From Minisyncoccota bacterium (GTDB lineage Bacteria; Patescibacteriota; Minisyncoccia; Phycocordibacterales; SBAW01), in contig DASZRD010000004.1 of the NCBI GenBank assembly GCA_035549255.1, forward strand, positions 72,667 through 136,666: DNA of 64,000 nt. Reading direction: 5' to 3'. The position numbers were made by a program, and so were the translations under genes. The notes below the pieces were generated by a model. That model had not been told where the DNA came from. It worked only from the letters and a program-made list of their open reading frames with translations, and did no database searches. Shown piece by piece: positions 52,301 to 59,599 of the stretch; within the stretch, counting starts at the first letter, position 1; the number at the start of each line of letters is the position of its first letter.

Positions 52301-52553
52301 CTTCTTCCTCGATCCGAGCAACGCCAACGGTGCACCGCTCGCGGCCACGACACTCGCCGGCTCGGCGACCGTCACCGCGCAAGGCGTCATGTATCTTCCC
52401 CGCCAGCAACTCAACATCGCCGGGAGCGCGCACAACGCGGCGACATCCTTCTTCGCGGTCGTAGCCGACACGATAAACATCTCCGGCTCTCCCGCCCTCA
52501 CCGTCACGATCCCGCAGGGTGCGAGCACGATCTCCGTTCCGCCGGGGTTGTAA
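49398..52553 (+). CDS. secreted protein: degenerate alpha/beta-hydrolase (LCAT/PGAP1-like), Ig-like repeats, TadG-like C-terminal domain
   Basis: Signal peptide; PVIIVPDILNS; LFLFPYNWE; nucleophile elbow reads AHGTGG; two PVITITSP Ig repeats; TLNPGVYCGGI/TLNPGIYII domain. Confidence 0.85.
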   Translation: MNIRYVLGTLSLLTAFLSFASVASANTTNLSFDPSYGSQPFSYSCDPYKVSFEDGKHYQPLSSPNCLFTIPSSILGSKVIALYKGTPGNSTFVSGDVVIGGSPTLVQENGTSFAGATQDQDYFAVVYGYSDSGTASAFDQSFRMGSSTGIEPPTGNFAMIQWKWGGKPASEYNPVIIVPDILNSWQTDSGSVIDPIFLTYKNLIDTLTQNGYVNGQTLFLFPYNWEEPAATTATELQNTIQSIKQTCGCSHVDIIAHGTGGLIAEQYIESAGYGNDVDQIVFLGSPLQGLPAAYSAWEDGKIDFNSPLSDGLAQVFLQAQAKDQGYSSVFDYIQHAPIQSFKDILPDYDYLYDNTVGERVYPSGYPQNSFLDGLISNLSLLLNRVRITTVLGDDNQGTTPAAYLLDNSTTPPAWPDGQITDTFTDLGDELVPRASMENVINPVSDVIAADHRSLPTAAEGYIFNSLTNKVASTVANNYPVGCALFITTSPGADMQVTDPNGNRIGKDFDNSVVLNEIPHSLYSGFNAPTEYAVIANPLNGNYQVRTQGTTNTTFTINASDVCNQGVISTSTPANTSPGQLIGFSLGVSTSTNTLTIQPLDTNPPVITITSPLNGSAYYQNATTSVSATIVDPENSPIATSTYKVNGALINPAQPLKFSALPLGTSTMVVSATDIFGNTAYATSSFLVKPSTAPVVTITSPQNNGSYTNDQTVPITVSINDAENDVTATSYALNGTALSTSQTSIAMSSLPLGSSTFVVSATDASGNITFATSTFTVTQAQAVGTGACAIALNSSAKGAITLAGSTQIKGTNCGVQVNSSASGAVNISGSAKITSTKNCFVGTLSKSGSASVSPNQVSCSSQADPFASHAKPSVGACNYTNYSIAGASKATLNPGVYCGGITVNGSAQLTLNPGIYIIKSGDLNIAGSGSVTGSGVSIFMTGTGAGLTLAGSGKLNITAPTSGTLAGFAFFLDPSNANGAPLAATTLAGSATVTAQGVMYLPRQQLNIAGSAHNAATSFFAVVADTINISGSPALTVTIPQGASTISVPPGL

Positions 52554-52574
52554 AAACACCTACCCGCGAGGAAT

Positions 52575-52601
52575 AAAAGAGCCGCACTTGCGGCTCTTTT
52601 T
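52575..52601. terminator. intrinsic terminator
   Basis: AAAAGAGCCGCA-CT-TGCGGCTCTTTTT. Confidence 0.75.
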
Positions 52602-52622
52602 GGTATATGGTTGTATGCCGGC

Positions 52623-55058
52623 ATGTACAGGAAGGCACTGTGGGTCGCACTGGCAGCGGGAGGCGCCTTATTGTGGGCGGCGCCGGCATTTGCCAACACA
52701 ACCAACCTCTCATTCAACCCCTCCTATGCTGCGCAGCCGTTCTCCTTCTACTGCGACCCGTATAAATACTCGTTTGAGGACGGAAGGCACTACGTCGTAA
52801 GCACCACGACCGGCTCCGCATGCTATTTCACTATTCCATCGGCTGTCACGGGCTCTAAAATCATCGCGATATACAAAGGTGTGCCGGGCAACGCCACCTT
52901 CGTCGCAGGCGACCAGGTGATCGGCGGCGAACCGACCTTCATACAAGAGACAAGCGCCGGCTTCGGCAGCCCCGCGCAAGATCAAGATTATTTTGCCGTG
53001 GTGTATGGCTATAACAACAGCGACGAGGGCAAGGCCTTCGACCAGGAGTTGCGCTCGAGCTCCTCTACCGTGATAACCCCGCCGAGCGGCGGTTACGCGG
53101 TCATCACGTGGAAGTGGGGCGCGCAGCCGCCAAGCGAGTTCGAGCCGGTCATCATAATCCCCGGCATCCTGGGCTCGTGGTACAAAGATTCCGTTGCTGA
53201 CCATATCGATGGCAACGGCGGCGAGTGGGTACTCGACCCAATCGCGCATACGTATGACAATCTCATCGATACGCTGCTTGCTAATGGATATGTCGAGAAC
53301 AAAACACTCTTTACGTTCCCTTATGATTGGGAGGAGCCAAATGAGGTGACAGCCAATCTCCTCGCGCAGAAGATCCAATCGATCAAAGAGATCTGCGGCT
53401 GCTCGCGTGTAGACTTGGTCGGCCACTCCATGGGCGGGCTTGTAGCCGAGCAATACGTCATAAGCACCGATTACCAAGACGATGTCGACCAAATAATTTT
53501 CTTGGCTACACCCCTCTTAGGAGCGCCTGAAGCATATCAGGCATGGGAGGGAGGAGAAGTACACTTCAGCAATGCTAGACAAAATGCATTTATGCAAACT
53601 AAGTTTTGGGCAGAGGCTGAAGAAAACGGCTACACGAATGTCTATGATTACATTCAAGGCAAGCCTATAGAGTCAATACAGGAGCTGCTGCCCATTACCG
53701 ACTACCTTTACGACAACACGGTCGGCGAGCGCGTATATCCGAGCGGCTATCCAGTAAACGGATTTATCGAAAATATCATTAAACACCTGAATGTTATTAT
53801 AAATAATATCCGTACAACCGTTGTCGTTGCCGATAACGGGCTTACCGATACGCCGAGCGCCTTTGTCGTTGAGCCAGCCACCACTTCTTCAAAATGGAAG
53901 GACGGCGAGATCACCGACACCTTTTATGACCTCGGCGACGGCACAGTACCGCGCTCAGATATAGAAGGCGTGTACGGAGCAAATGCCGACAAATACTTTT
54001 ATGGTACTGATCATATCGGCGTAGTCTCCACGAGCAGTGCGTACGTATTTAGTCGGCTAACCAATGGCACGGCATCGGCAATCGTCAATAATAGCTATGA
54101 TCAATTTAGATCATTTGTATGGTTCTATCTACTCTCCCCCGTTGACATGGAGATAACTGCGCCCGATGGCAAGCATTTAGGCAGAGATCTATCAGGTGCC
54201 TCTGAGGTAGATGAAATCCCCGGGGCCTTTTACTCAGGCTTTGGCGGCGACGGCCCGGAGTATGCGATCATACCAGACCCATTGCCAGGAACTTACCAAG
54301 TAATTACCATTGGTACCGGCAGCGGCGGTACCTACCGGGTTGGCGCGGACTACTTTAATGGCTCGACCACAACAGAAGCGTTGCTAATGGGCTCGACTAC
54401 ACCCGGACAGATCATCGCCCATTCTGCATTTATTTCTTCGACAAGCACTGCCGTGATTCTTAAAGCCGACGCCCCTGCCCCGCAGGCGGACACGCAGCCA
54501 CCCCTTATCACCATCACGAGCCCGCAGACCGGCAGGCAATATACGCATGCCGATACTATCAAAATCGCGGCGACAATCGCGGACGACTCCCCTATCGCGA
54601 GCACTACGTATCTCTTCAATGGCAAGAAGATAAATGCCTCGACTCCATTATCGCTCGCGGGGGTGCCGCTCGGCACTTCTACCATCACGGTCTTGGCGGC
54701 AGACAAATTCGGCAACATCGGCTCGAGCAGTATCCAGATCGGTATTATCGCAACGCCCGATAGCTGCCTATGGGACTTGGCGCTCGCTTACAAGAATAAA
54801 TGGATTGCCAAGAAAAATGTCTATGACGCTCTGGTAGGGCAATGCAATTCGATCAAAAACCTCTTTAAGGACCGTGATGGCTGGAGCAAGTTCCCCATCT
54901 TCTTGCGGGACAAAAAGACTTCGCAGCTTATCCAAAGCAACTTTTCTTCGATCCAATCCGCGTTTAATCTCTTTGACCAGTGGATAAAAGATAAGAGCAA
55001 CACCAAAGACGCGGTACAATTGCTTAACCAAAATCTACAATGGTTCAAAAGTCACTAG
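52623..55058 (+). CDS. secreted lipase/acyltransferase-fold protein with an Ig-like repeat
   Basis: Signal peptide; PVIIIPGILGS; FPYDWE; GHSMGG; LATPLLGAP; GDGTVP; DH. Paralog of the preceding gene. Confidence 0.88.
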   Translation: MYRKALWVALAAGGALLWAAPAFANTTNLSFNPSYAAQPFSFYCDPYKYSFEDGRHYVVSTTTGSACYFTIPSAVTGSKIIAIYKGVPGNATFVAGDQVIGGEPTFIQETSAGFGSPAQDQDYFAVVYGYNNSDEGKAFDQELRSSSSTVITPPSGGYAVITWKWGAQPPSEFEPVIIIPGILGSWYKDSVADHIDGNGGEWVLDPIAHTYDNLIDTLLANGYVENKTLFTFPYDWEEPNEVTANLLAQKIQSIKEICGCSRVDLVGHSMGGLVAEQYVISTDYQDDVDQIIFLATPLLGAPEAYQAWEGGEVHFSNARQNAFMQTKFWAEAEENGYTNVYDYIQGKPIESIQELLPITDYLYDNTVGERVYPSGYPVNGFIENIIKHLNVIINNIRTTVVVADNGLTDTPSAFVVEPATTSSKWKDGEITDTFYDLGDGTVPRSDIEGVYGANADKYFYGTDHIGVVSTSSAYVFSRLTNGTASAIVNNSYDQFRSFVWFYLLSPVDMEITAPDGKHLGRDLSGASEVDEIPGAFYSGFGGDGPEYAIIPDPLPGTYQVITIGTGSGGTYRVGADYFNGSTTTEALLMGSTTPGQIIAHSAFISSTSTAVILKADAPAPQADTQPPLITITSPQTGRQYTHADTIKIAATIADDSPIASTTYLFNGKKINASTPLSLAGVPLGTSTITVLAADKFGNIGSSSIQIGIIATPDSCLWDLALAYKNKWIAKKNVYDALVGQCNSIKNLFKDRDGWSKFPIFLRDKKTSQLIQSNFSSIQSAFNLFDQWIKDKSNTKDAVQLLNQNLQWFKSH

Positions 55059-55471
55059 CAGCTTCTGTTGTTAAAAGCATTTTCCTCCGGATATTGCTTG
55101 TGTTTGCAGCTCTTGTGATTGGCGGCTTTTTCTTTCCAATTACAATTGAGAATTTTGTTACTCACACACTAGGTTACCATAATCCTCCAGGTTTTCTCGA
55201 TATGCCTAGCTGGGCAGATTGGAGCCTTTCATGGGACATGGCTTCAATTTTTTGGGCTGGCATTTTATATGGCACTCTGGGTAAAAAAATAGATTATATT
55301 TTTATTACTGGGCTTTTTATCCTCTGCTCGCTGGACTTCTTCTTTACCGAAAACATGACGCCGCTGGTTTATTCGGGGTTGGTTGGAGCAACGGTACTAG
55401 GAGTTGTAATTGGTTACATCATAAATATCGCTCGCAAGAGGCTCTTCCCTACCAGCTGGATCGGGCGATAG
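55040..55471 (+). CDS. four-TM membrane protein, possible immunity/partner
   Basis: Start overlaps the lipase stop, AT-rich, hydrophobic. Confidence 0.7.
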   Translation: MVQKSLAASVVKSIFLRILLVFAALVIGGFFFPITIENFVTHTLGYHNPPGFLDMPSWADWSLSWDMASIFWAGILYGTLGKKIDYIFITGLFILCSLDFFFTENMTPLVYSGLVGATVLGVVIGYIINIARKRLFPTSWIGR

Positions 55472-55535
55472 GCCTGTTGAGAAATATTCTGGGCCAGCGT
55501 ATAGTCCGGCTAGAACCACATCATAGGAGGACACT

Positions 55536-56018
55536 TTGGAGAGCGCCGAGAAGTACCAACCTTATATTATCAAAGAGTATCCGCACTGGACGCTCTTTCT
55601 CAACCAGAAGCAGATGCCGTATGTCGGCCAATGCTATGCCTGGTGGAAGGACAACCACCCCGGCAAGGGCGAAGGCATGTCGCCATTCCATCTTACCGGC
55701 AGAGACTTGGTAGAAGTATTCCACATGATCTACCAAGACGTGCTCATAGGGTGTAAGACGCTCGGTCATCGGACCGATCGGCTCGGCCAGGGCTTCCGCC
55801 TTAATGTGGCGCACTTGGCAAACGAGCCTATCCATAATCACCAGATGCATTGGCACTTCGTGCCGCGGTTTGCCGAGCCGGTGCGCGTGCAAGCGTTGCT
55901 CGGGCGTACGTTCGAAGACCTTATTGCGCACGAGAATTACGCGCACATCAAAGAGCTTGCGCTTCCTCACGAGGAGCTTCTGGTCATCCGCGACACGATG
56001 GCAGAGGCGATCATATGA
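55536..56018 (+). CDS. HIT-family protein
   Basis: LNVAHLAN..HNHQMHWHFVPRF. SD AGGAGG before a TTG start. Confidence 0.82.
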   Translation: MESAEKYQPYIIKEYPHWTLFLNQKQMPYVGQCYAWWKDNHPGKGEGMSPFHLTGRDLVEVFHMIYQDVLIGCKTLGHRTDRLGQGFRLNVAHLANEPIHNHQMHWHFVPRFAEPVRVQALLGRTFEDLIAHENYAHIKELALPHEELLVIRDTMAEAII

Positions 56019-56111
56019 GATTACAGCGCGCAGGTACTCCTGCGCGCTGTTTGTTATTTATCTACGCATAGGGTAAGGTGCGAATAGGAGGTACATGAAA
56101 GGAGACGAGCC

Positions 56112-56369
56112 ATGCGCATTGAAGTCTTGCGGCTGCGAGCGCTCCCCGAGATGGCCCCGCAGCAAACCGACGGCGTTCCTATCGATCGACTGAAGGCCGT
56201 GGTACAGGAGTGGTCAGAGCACAACCCGGAGCTTCATCCCATCCGCGTGACCTTGAAGCTGCCTGGCAGCAGAGAGATCGAGGCAGAGCTTGCGTATCGG
56301 GGCGGGGCGATCCTGATCGACCTCCCGCCCGAGGCGCACCAGTTCAACAGCGGAGATTCAAGAAGCTGA
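56112..56369 (+). CDS. hypothetical protein
   Basis: SD AAGGAG, hairpin terminator GGCCCGCGC..GCGCGGGCC-TTTT downstream. Confidence 0.6.
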   Translation: MRIEVLRLRALPEMAPQQTDGVPIDRLKAVVQEWSEHNPELHPIRVTLKLPGSREIEAELAYRGGAILIDLPPEAHQFNSGDSRS

Positions 56370-56470
56370 AGGCGTCCGACATACGTGCAGGGCCCGCGCA
56401 TAGCGCGGGCCTTTTACTTTAGGAACCATTGCCGCAGCGGCCTTTTCCTGCTATAGTACAGGGCACACCT

Positions 56471-56983
56471 TTGGATACTACTCGCATTAACCACCAAATC
56501 CGCGCGGCAGAAGTCCGCGTCGTCGGCCCTGAGGGAGAGAACCTCGGGGTGCTCTCCCTTTCCGACGCCTTGCAGCGCGCCCAGGACGTCGGCCTCGACC
56601 TTATCGAGATCTCCCCCAACGCCGTCCCCCCGGTTGCAAAAATAATGGAATATGGTAAATTCCAATACGAACAGCAGAAGAAAAGGCGAGAAATAAAGGC
56701 CAAATCCCACACCACCGAGACCAAAGGGGTCCAGGTCAAGATTGGCACCGGCGACCACGACCTCAACCTCAAGGCCCGCAAGGCGGCCGAGTGGCTGGGA
56801 GAAGGGCACCGGGTCAAGGTAGACCTTTTTTTGTGGGGACGGTACAAGTACATGGAATTCAATTTCCTTAAGGACCGCCTCGAGCAATTTTTGAAGCTGA
56901 TTCCGCAGGAGTATAAGATAGCCGAGCCGATCGGCAAGAGCCCCAAGGGCCTATCGACCACGCTCGAGCGTGCGAAGAAATAA
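56471..56983 (+). CDS. infC: translation initiation factor IF-3
   Basis: RINHQIRAAEVRVV, GLDLIEISPNAVPPVAKIMEYGKFQYE. Non-ATG start (TTG at 56471), exact start uncertain. Confidence 0.95.
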   Translation: MDTTRINHQIRAAEVRVVGPEGENLGVLSLSDALQRAQDVGLDLIEISPNAVPPVAKIMEYGKFQYEQQKKRREIKAKSHTTETKGVQVKIGTGDHDLNLKARKAAEWLGEGHRVKVDLFLWGRYKYMEFNFLKDRLEQFLKLIPQEYKIAEPIGKSPKGLSTTLERAKK

Positions 56984-56985
56984 TC

Positions 56986-57180
56986 ATGAAAACCAACAAA
57001 TCATTCACCAAGCGCCTCAAGATTACCCGCACGGGGAAGATTGTCGCGCGCAAGCCGGGTCAGAACCACTTTAATGCCAAGGAGAACCGCGCGAGTCAGC
57101 TCAACGGCCGCCGCAGCCAATCCCTCACACTCACGAGCAAGGTGAAGCAGCGCTATATAAACACCGCAAGTGTTAACTAA
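56986..57180 (+). CDS. rpmI: 50S ribosomal protein L35
   Basis: MKTNKSFTKRLKITRTGKI, lies between infC and rplT. Confidence 0.93.
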   Translation: MKTNKSFTKRLKITRTGKIVARKPGQNHFNAKENRASQLNGRRSQSLTLTSKVKQRYINTASVN

Positions 57181-57185
57181 CTACT

Positions 57186-57536
57186 ATGGCACGCGTAAAA
57201 GGAGGTCCGAAAAATAAGACGCATCGCAAGAATATCCTTAAGCAGACTAAGGGGTACCGCTTCTCGCGCTCCAAAAAGGTCCGTGCTGCCAAGGAAGCGA
57301 TCTTCCACGCGGGCAAGTACGCCTTCGCACACCGCCGCGACAAGAAGAACGATTTCCGCAAGCTCTGGAACGTACAGCTCAGCGCCGGCCTCAAGGAAGT
57401 CGATCAGAAACTCTCCTACAGCAAGTTTATCGGTACGCTCCACAAGAAGAATGTCGCTGTCAACCGCAAGATGCTCGCGGAGATGGCACAGAAGTCCCCC
57501 GCTTCATTCTCCCGCCTCGTCAAGAAGCTCGCTTAA
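57186..57536 (+). CDS. rplT: 50S ribosomal protein L20
   Basis: MARVKGG..ILKQTKGYR..YAFAHRRDKKNDFRKLW..LSYSKFI..NRKMLAE. Confidence 0.97.
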   Translation: MARVKGGPKNKTHRKNILKQTKGYRFSRSKKVRAAKEAIFHAGKYAFAHRRDKKNDFRKLWNVQLSAGLKEVDQKLSYSKFIGTLHKKNVAVNRKMLAEMAQKSPASFSRLVKKLA

Positions 57537-57549
57537 CTAACTACCAAAC

Positions 57550-57578
57550 AAAACCCCCGCCGATTGGCGGGGAGTTTT
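57550..57578. terminator. bidirectional terminator
   Basis: AAAACCCCCGCC-GATT-GGCGGGGAGTTTT. Confidence 0.7.
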
Positions 57579-58080
57579 ATTTTTCTTCAGCAAATTGCAT
57601 TTGGGGTTCACTAACACCAGTAACATTCAGAACAACCTCTAGTGGTACTTCCGAAACCATTTCAAAGTCCTTTCCATCGCGGATTAAGACTCTAAAAAGA
57701 TATTCCCCAGCAAGGGTAGTAGGCAATATTTGCCAGTTTATTCTTGTTCGTAATCGGCGGAAGTGTTGAAACTCAGGACTAAACTCCATTGTCTGTAACA
57801 ACTTACCTTTCGGATCGATTAATTCTATTTTGGCATCAAATCCGAATGACTCAAGCTCCGCACCCGTGTCTCGACGCCATAACGTTACAAGTTCTCTGTT
57901 AAAGAAGATACCTTGTGGATTTTGATCCGTCTCTGGAGCTTCCCCCACATGAACCGAGATGGCCTTTGGAATATTGATTTGTTCCGTTATATTGAACAAC
58001 GTAATATTATTACTATCGCTATCAATAGTACTTTTCTCGCATAGAACAGACCAGACGTGTTTTGCTTTTTGTATTTTCAT
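57577..58080 (-). CDS. DUF6941-like beta-rich protein, third gene of the TA operon
   Basis: WSVLCEKSTIDSDSNNITLFNI...LVTLW...IELIDPKGK...GEYLFRV. Starts 2 nt after the antitoxin stop. Confidence 0.7.
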   Translation of the reverse strand: MKIQKAKHVWSVLCEKSTIDSDSNNITLFNITEQINIPKAISVHVGEAPETDQNPQGIFFNRELVTLWRRDTGAELESFGFDAKIELIDPKGKLLQTMEFSPEFQHFRRLRTRINWQILPTTLAGEYLFRVLIRDGKDFEMVSEVPLEVVLNVTGVSEPQMQFAEEK

Positions 58081-58082
58081 AA

Positions 58083-58496
58083 CTATTTTGTTGGCACTTG
58101 AATAATCTGAGTAGTTTCTGCTTTATTGGATTGCTGTGGCACGAGAACAAAGTTGACCGAATGTCTGTTGAGCGGTTTAACCTTTAGATTCTCATTTTTT
58201 GCTGTTTGATGTTCAGTAAGTTGAAATTTGAGTTCACACCCTAGAGCTTCCACTACTGACAACAAAAAAGACAAACTTGGTAGGGCTGAGCCGTTCTCAA
58301 GTCGAGCAATACCAGATTGATGTGTACTAACACGTTGTGCCAGGCCATCTTGAGTTAGTTTGAGCCTCAATCGCTGCTCTTTAACTTGTCGCGCAATAGA
58401 ATACATGAGATTGCGTTCACGAGACAATCTTAGATACTCGGCCTGCAGTAGACGATTATTACTCAATTTTTTCTTCTTATATTCCTCGTATTTCAT
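58083..58496 (-). CDS. XRE/HigA-like HTH antitoxin with a C-terminal extension
   Basis: IARQVKEQRLRLKLTQDGLAQRVSTHQSGIARLENG..LPSLSFL..VVEALG followed by a tail of about 40 aa. Confidence 0.85.
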   Translation of the reverse strand: MKYEEYKKKKLSNNRLLQAEYLRLSRERNLMYSIARQVKEQRLRLKLTQDGLAQRVSTHQSGIARLENGSALPSLSFLLSVVEALGCELKFQLTEHQTAKNENLKVKPLNRHSVNFVLVPQQSNKAETTQIIQVPTK

Positions 58497-58505
58497 ATGT
58501 ATTCT

Positions 58506-58829
58506 TTATCTTGTCCTTATAATGGCAAGCTCTATATCGCGGCGGCGGAGCGTTCCATCATAATTTTTAACAATGCCATGACTGACTACAAAAATCTCGC
58601 CCTCAAAACGCCCGCAAAGGTATATCAGCGGCTTACCTCTAAATTTGAGTTTCAGAACTCGTTCCTTACACGGAAGGAACGTGAGCAACCCCTCCTGATG
58701 TAAGCGTTGTCGTCCTAGACGGGCATAGTGGTCTATCCTCTCAAGGATATCCGCTAAAAACTTCGGCCCATACTGAGCTTCCATATCATTCAAAAAATTT
58801 TCTGCAGTTGTTCTGATCACGAATTCCAT
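58506..58829 (-). CDS. RelE/HigB (Gp49-like) toxin
   Basis: 107 aa. C-terminal FVVSHGIVKN...RRRDIELAIIR matches the Gp49-type xHGFxKKT..TP..DIELA..R pattern. Upstream of the HTH gene. Confidence 0.7.
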   Translation of the reverse strand: MEFVIRTTAENFLNDMEAQYGPKFLADILERIDHYARLGRQRLHQEGLLTFLPCKERVLKLKFRGKPLIYLCGRFEGEIFVVSHGIVKNYDGTLRRRDIELAIIRTR

Positions 58830-58969
58830 AATATATTAATATTGTAATAAATACAAATCCGCCTAGCAAGCGCAAGGGCTGTGAGTAACAGTCTACAGAA
58901 TATCTACGGTAGTTCGTCAAGATCTAACTCCGGGACTCTGACAATCTATCCAAGCTCTTAGGGTTTTGT

Positions 58970-59584
58970 TTAGAGATTCACCGTCGGTTGGTCGGTAGGT
59001 GAAAAGTGGAACGACGCCCTGTTTATTTTGTCTTTGTTGACCATCTCTATCACGCGCTCGACAAGCGCCTTGGGGTCGGTGTCGAAGATGATGCGGTCGT
59101 TGGGGCGGTGGCCATTCTCGATAATATCTTTTATTACTTCATCAGTCTCCCAGTCAGCCTCAAGGATGCCGATCGGTTTCTTATCCTCGAATGCGATCGT
59201 AAACTCGTGGATGGTGCCAATACGCCCGCAGCCGAAGAAGACCGCGTCGCTCGCACGCGTGAGGATGAGGTCGCGGCCCGGGTAGCCGAAGCCGGTGTAG
59301 ACGATCACATCCATGTACTCAATCGGCAGGTTGTACATCTCGACGTGCTCCTTCTCGGTATTAGCCGGAGAGAAGCCGAGGCTAAATCCCCCCGCCCGCT
59401 TGGCACCCATAGCGCTCCACAGCGGGAAGCCGGTCGTGGCGCCGGTAACGATAATGGCGCCATGCTTGGCGATTTGACGCCCAAGCTCGACGCCCTTATC
59501 GTACGCGTCGATGCCGCAGTGGCCGGTCTCCGCAGCACCGGAGACGCAGAGCTTGAGCTGTAAGTGGGTCTGCTTGGGGTCCAT
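58970..59584 (-). CDS. LOG/SLOG-family protein
   Basis: ELGRQIAKHGAIIVTGATTG.P..SAMGAK, YTGFGYPGRD, GRIGTIHEF. Confidence 0.88.
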   Translation of the reverse strand: MDPKQTHLQLKLCVSGAAETGHCGIDAYDKGVELGRQIAKHGAIIVTGATTGFPLWSAMGAKRAGGFSLGFSPANTEKEHVEMYNLPIEYMDVIVYTGFGYPGRDLILTRASDAVFFGCGRIGTIHEFTIAFEDKKPIGILEADWETDEVIKDIIENGHRPNDRIIFDTDPKALVERVIEMVNKDKINRASFHFSPTDQPTVNL

Positions 59585-59599
59585 CAATTCAATTTTACA

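Noticed and set aside
53701-53752. Near-identical DNA patch shared with 50444-50495 as a DGR template/variable repeat
   Set aside because: Both copies are coding at equivalent positions of two paralogs, the differences are synonymous and not adenine-specific, and no reverse transcriptase is present. Paralogy or gene conversion explains it.
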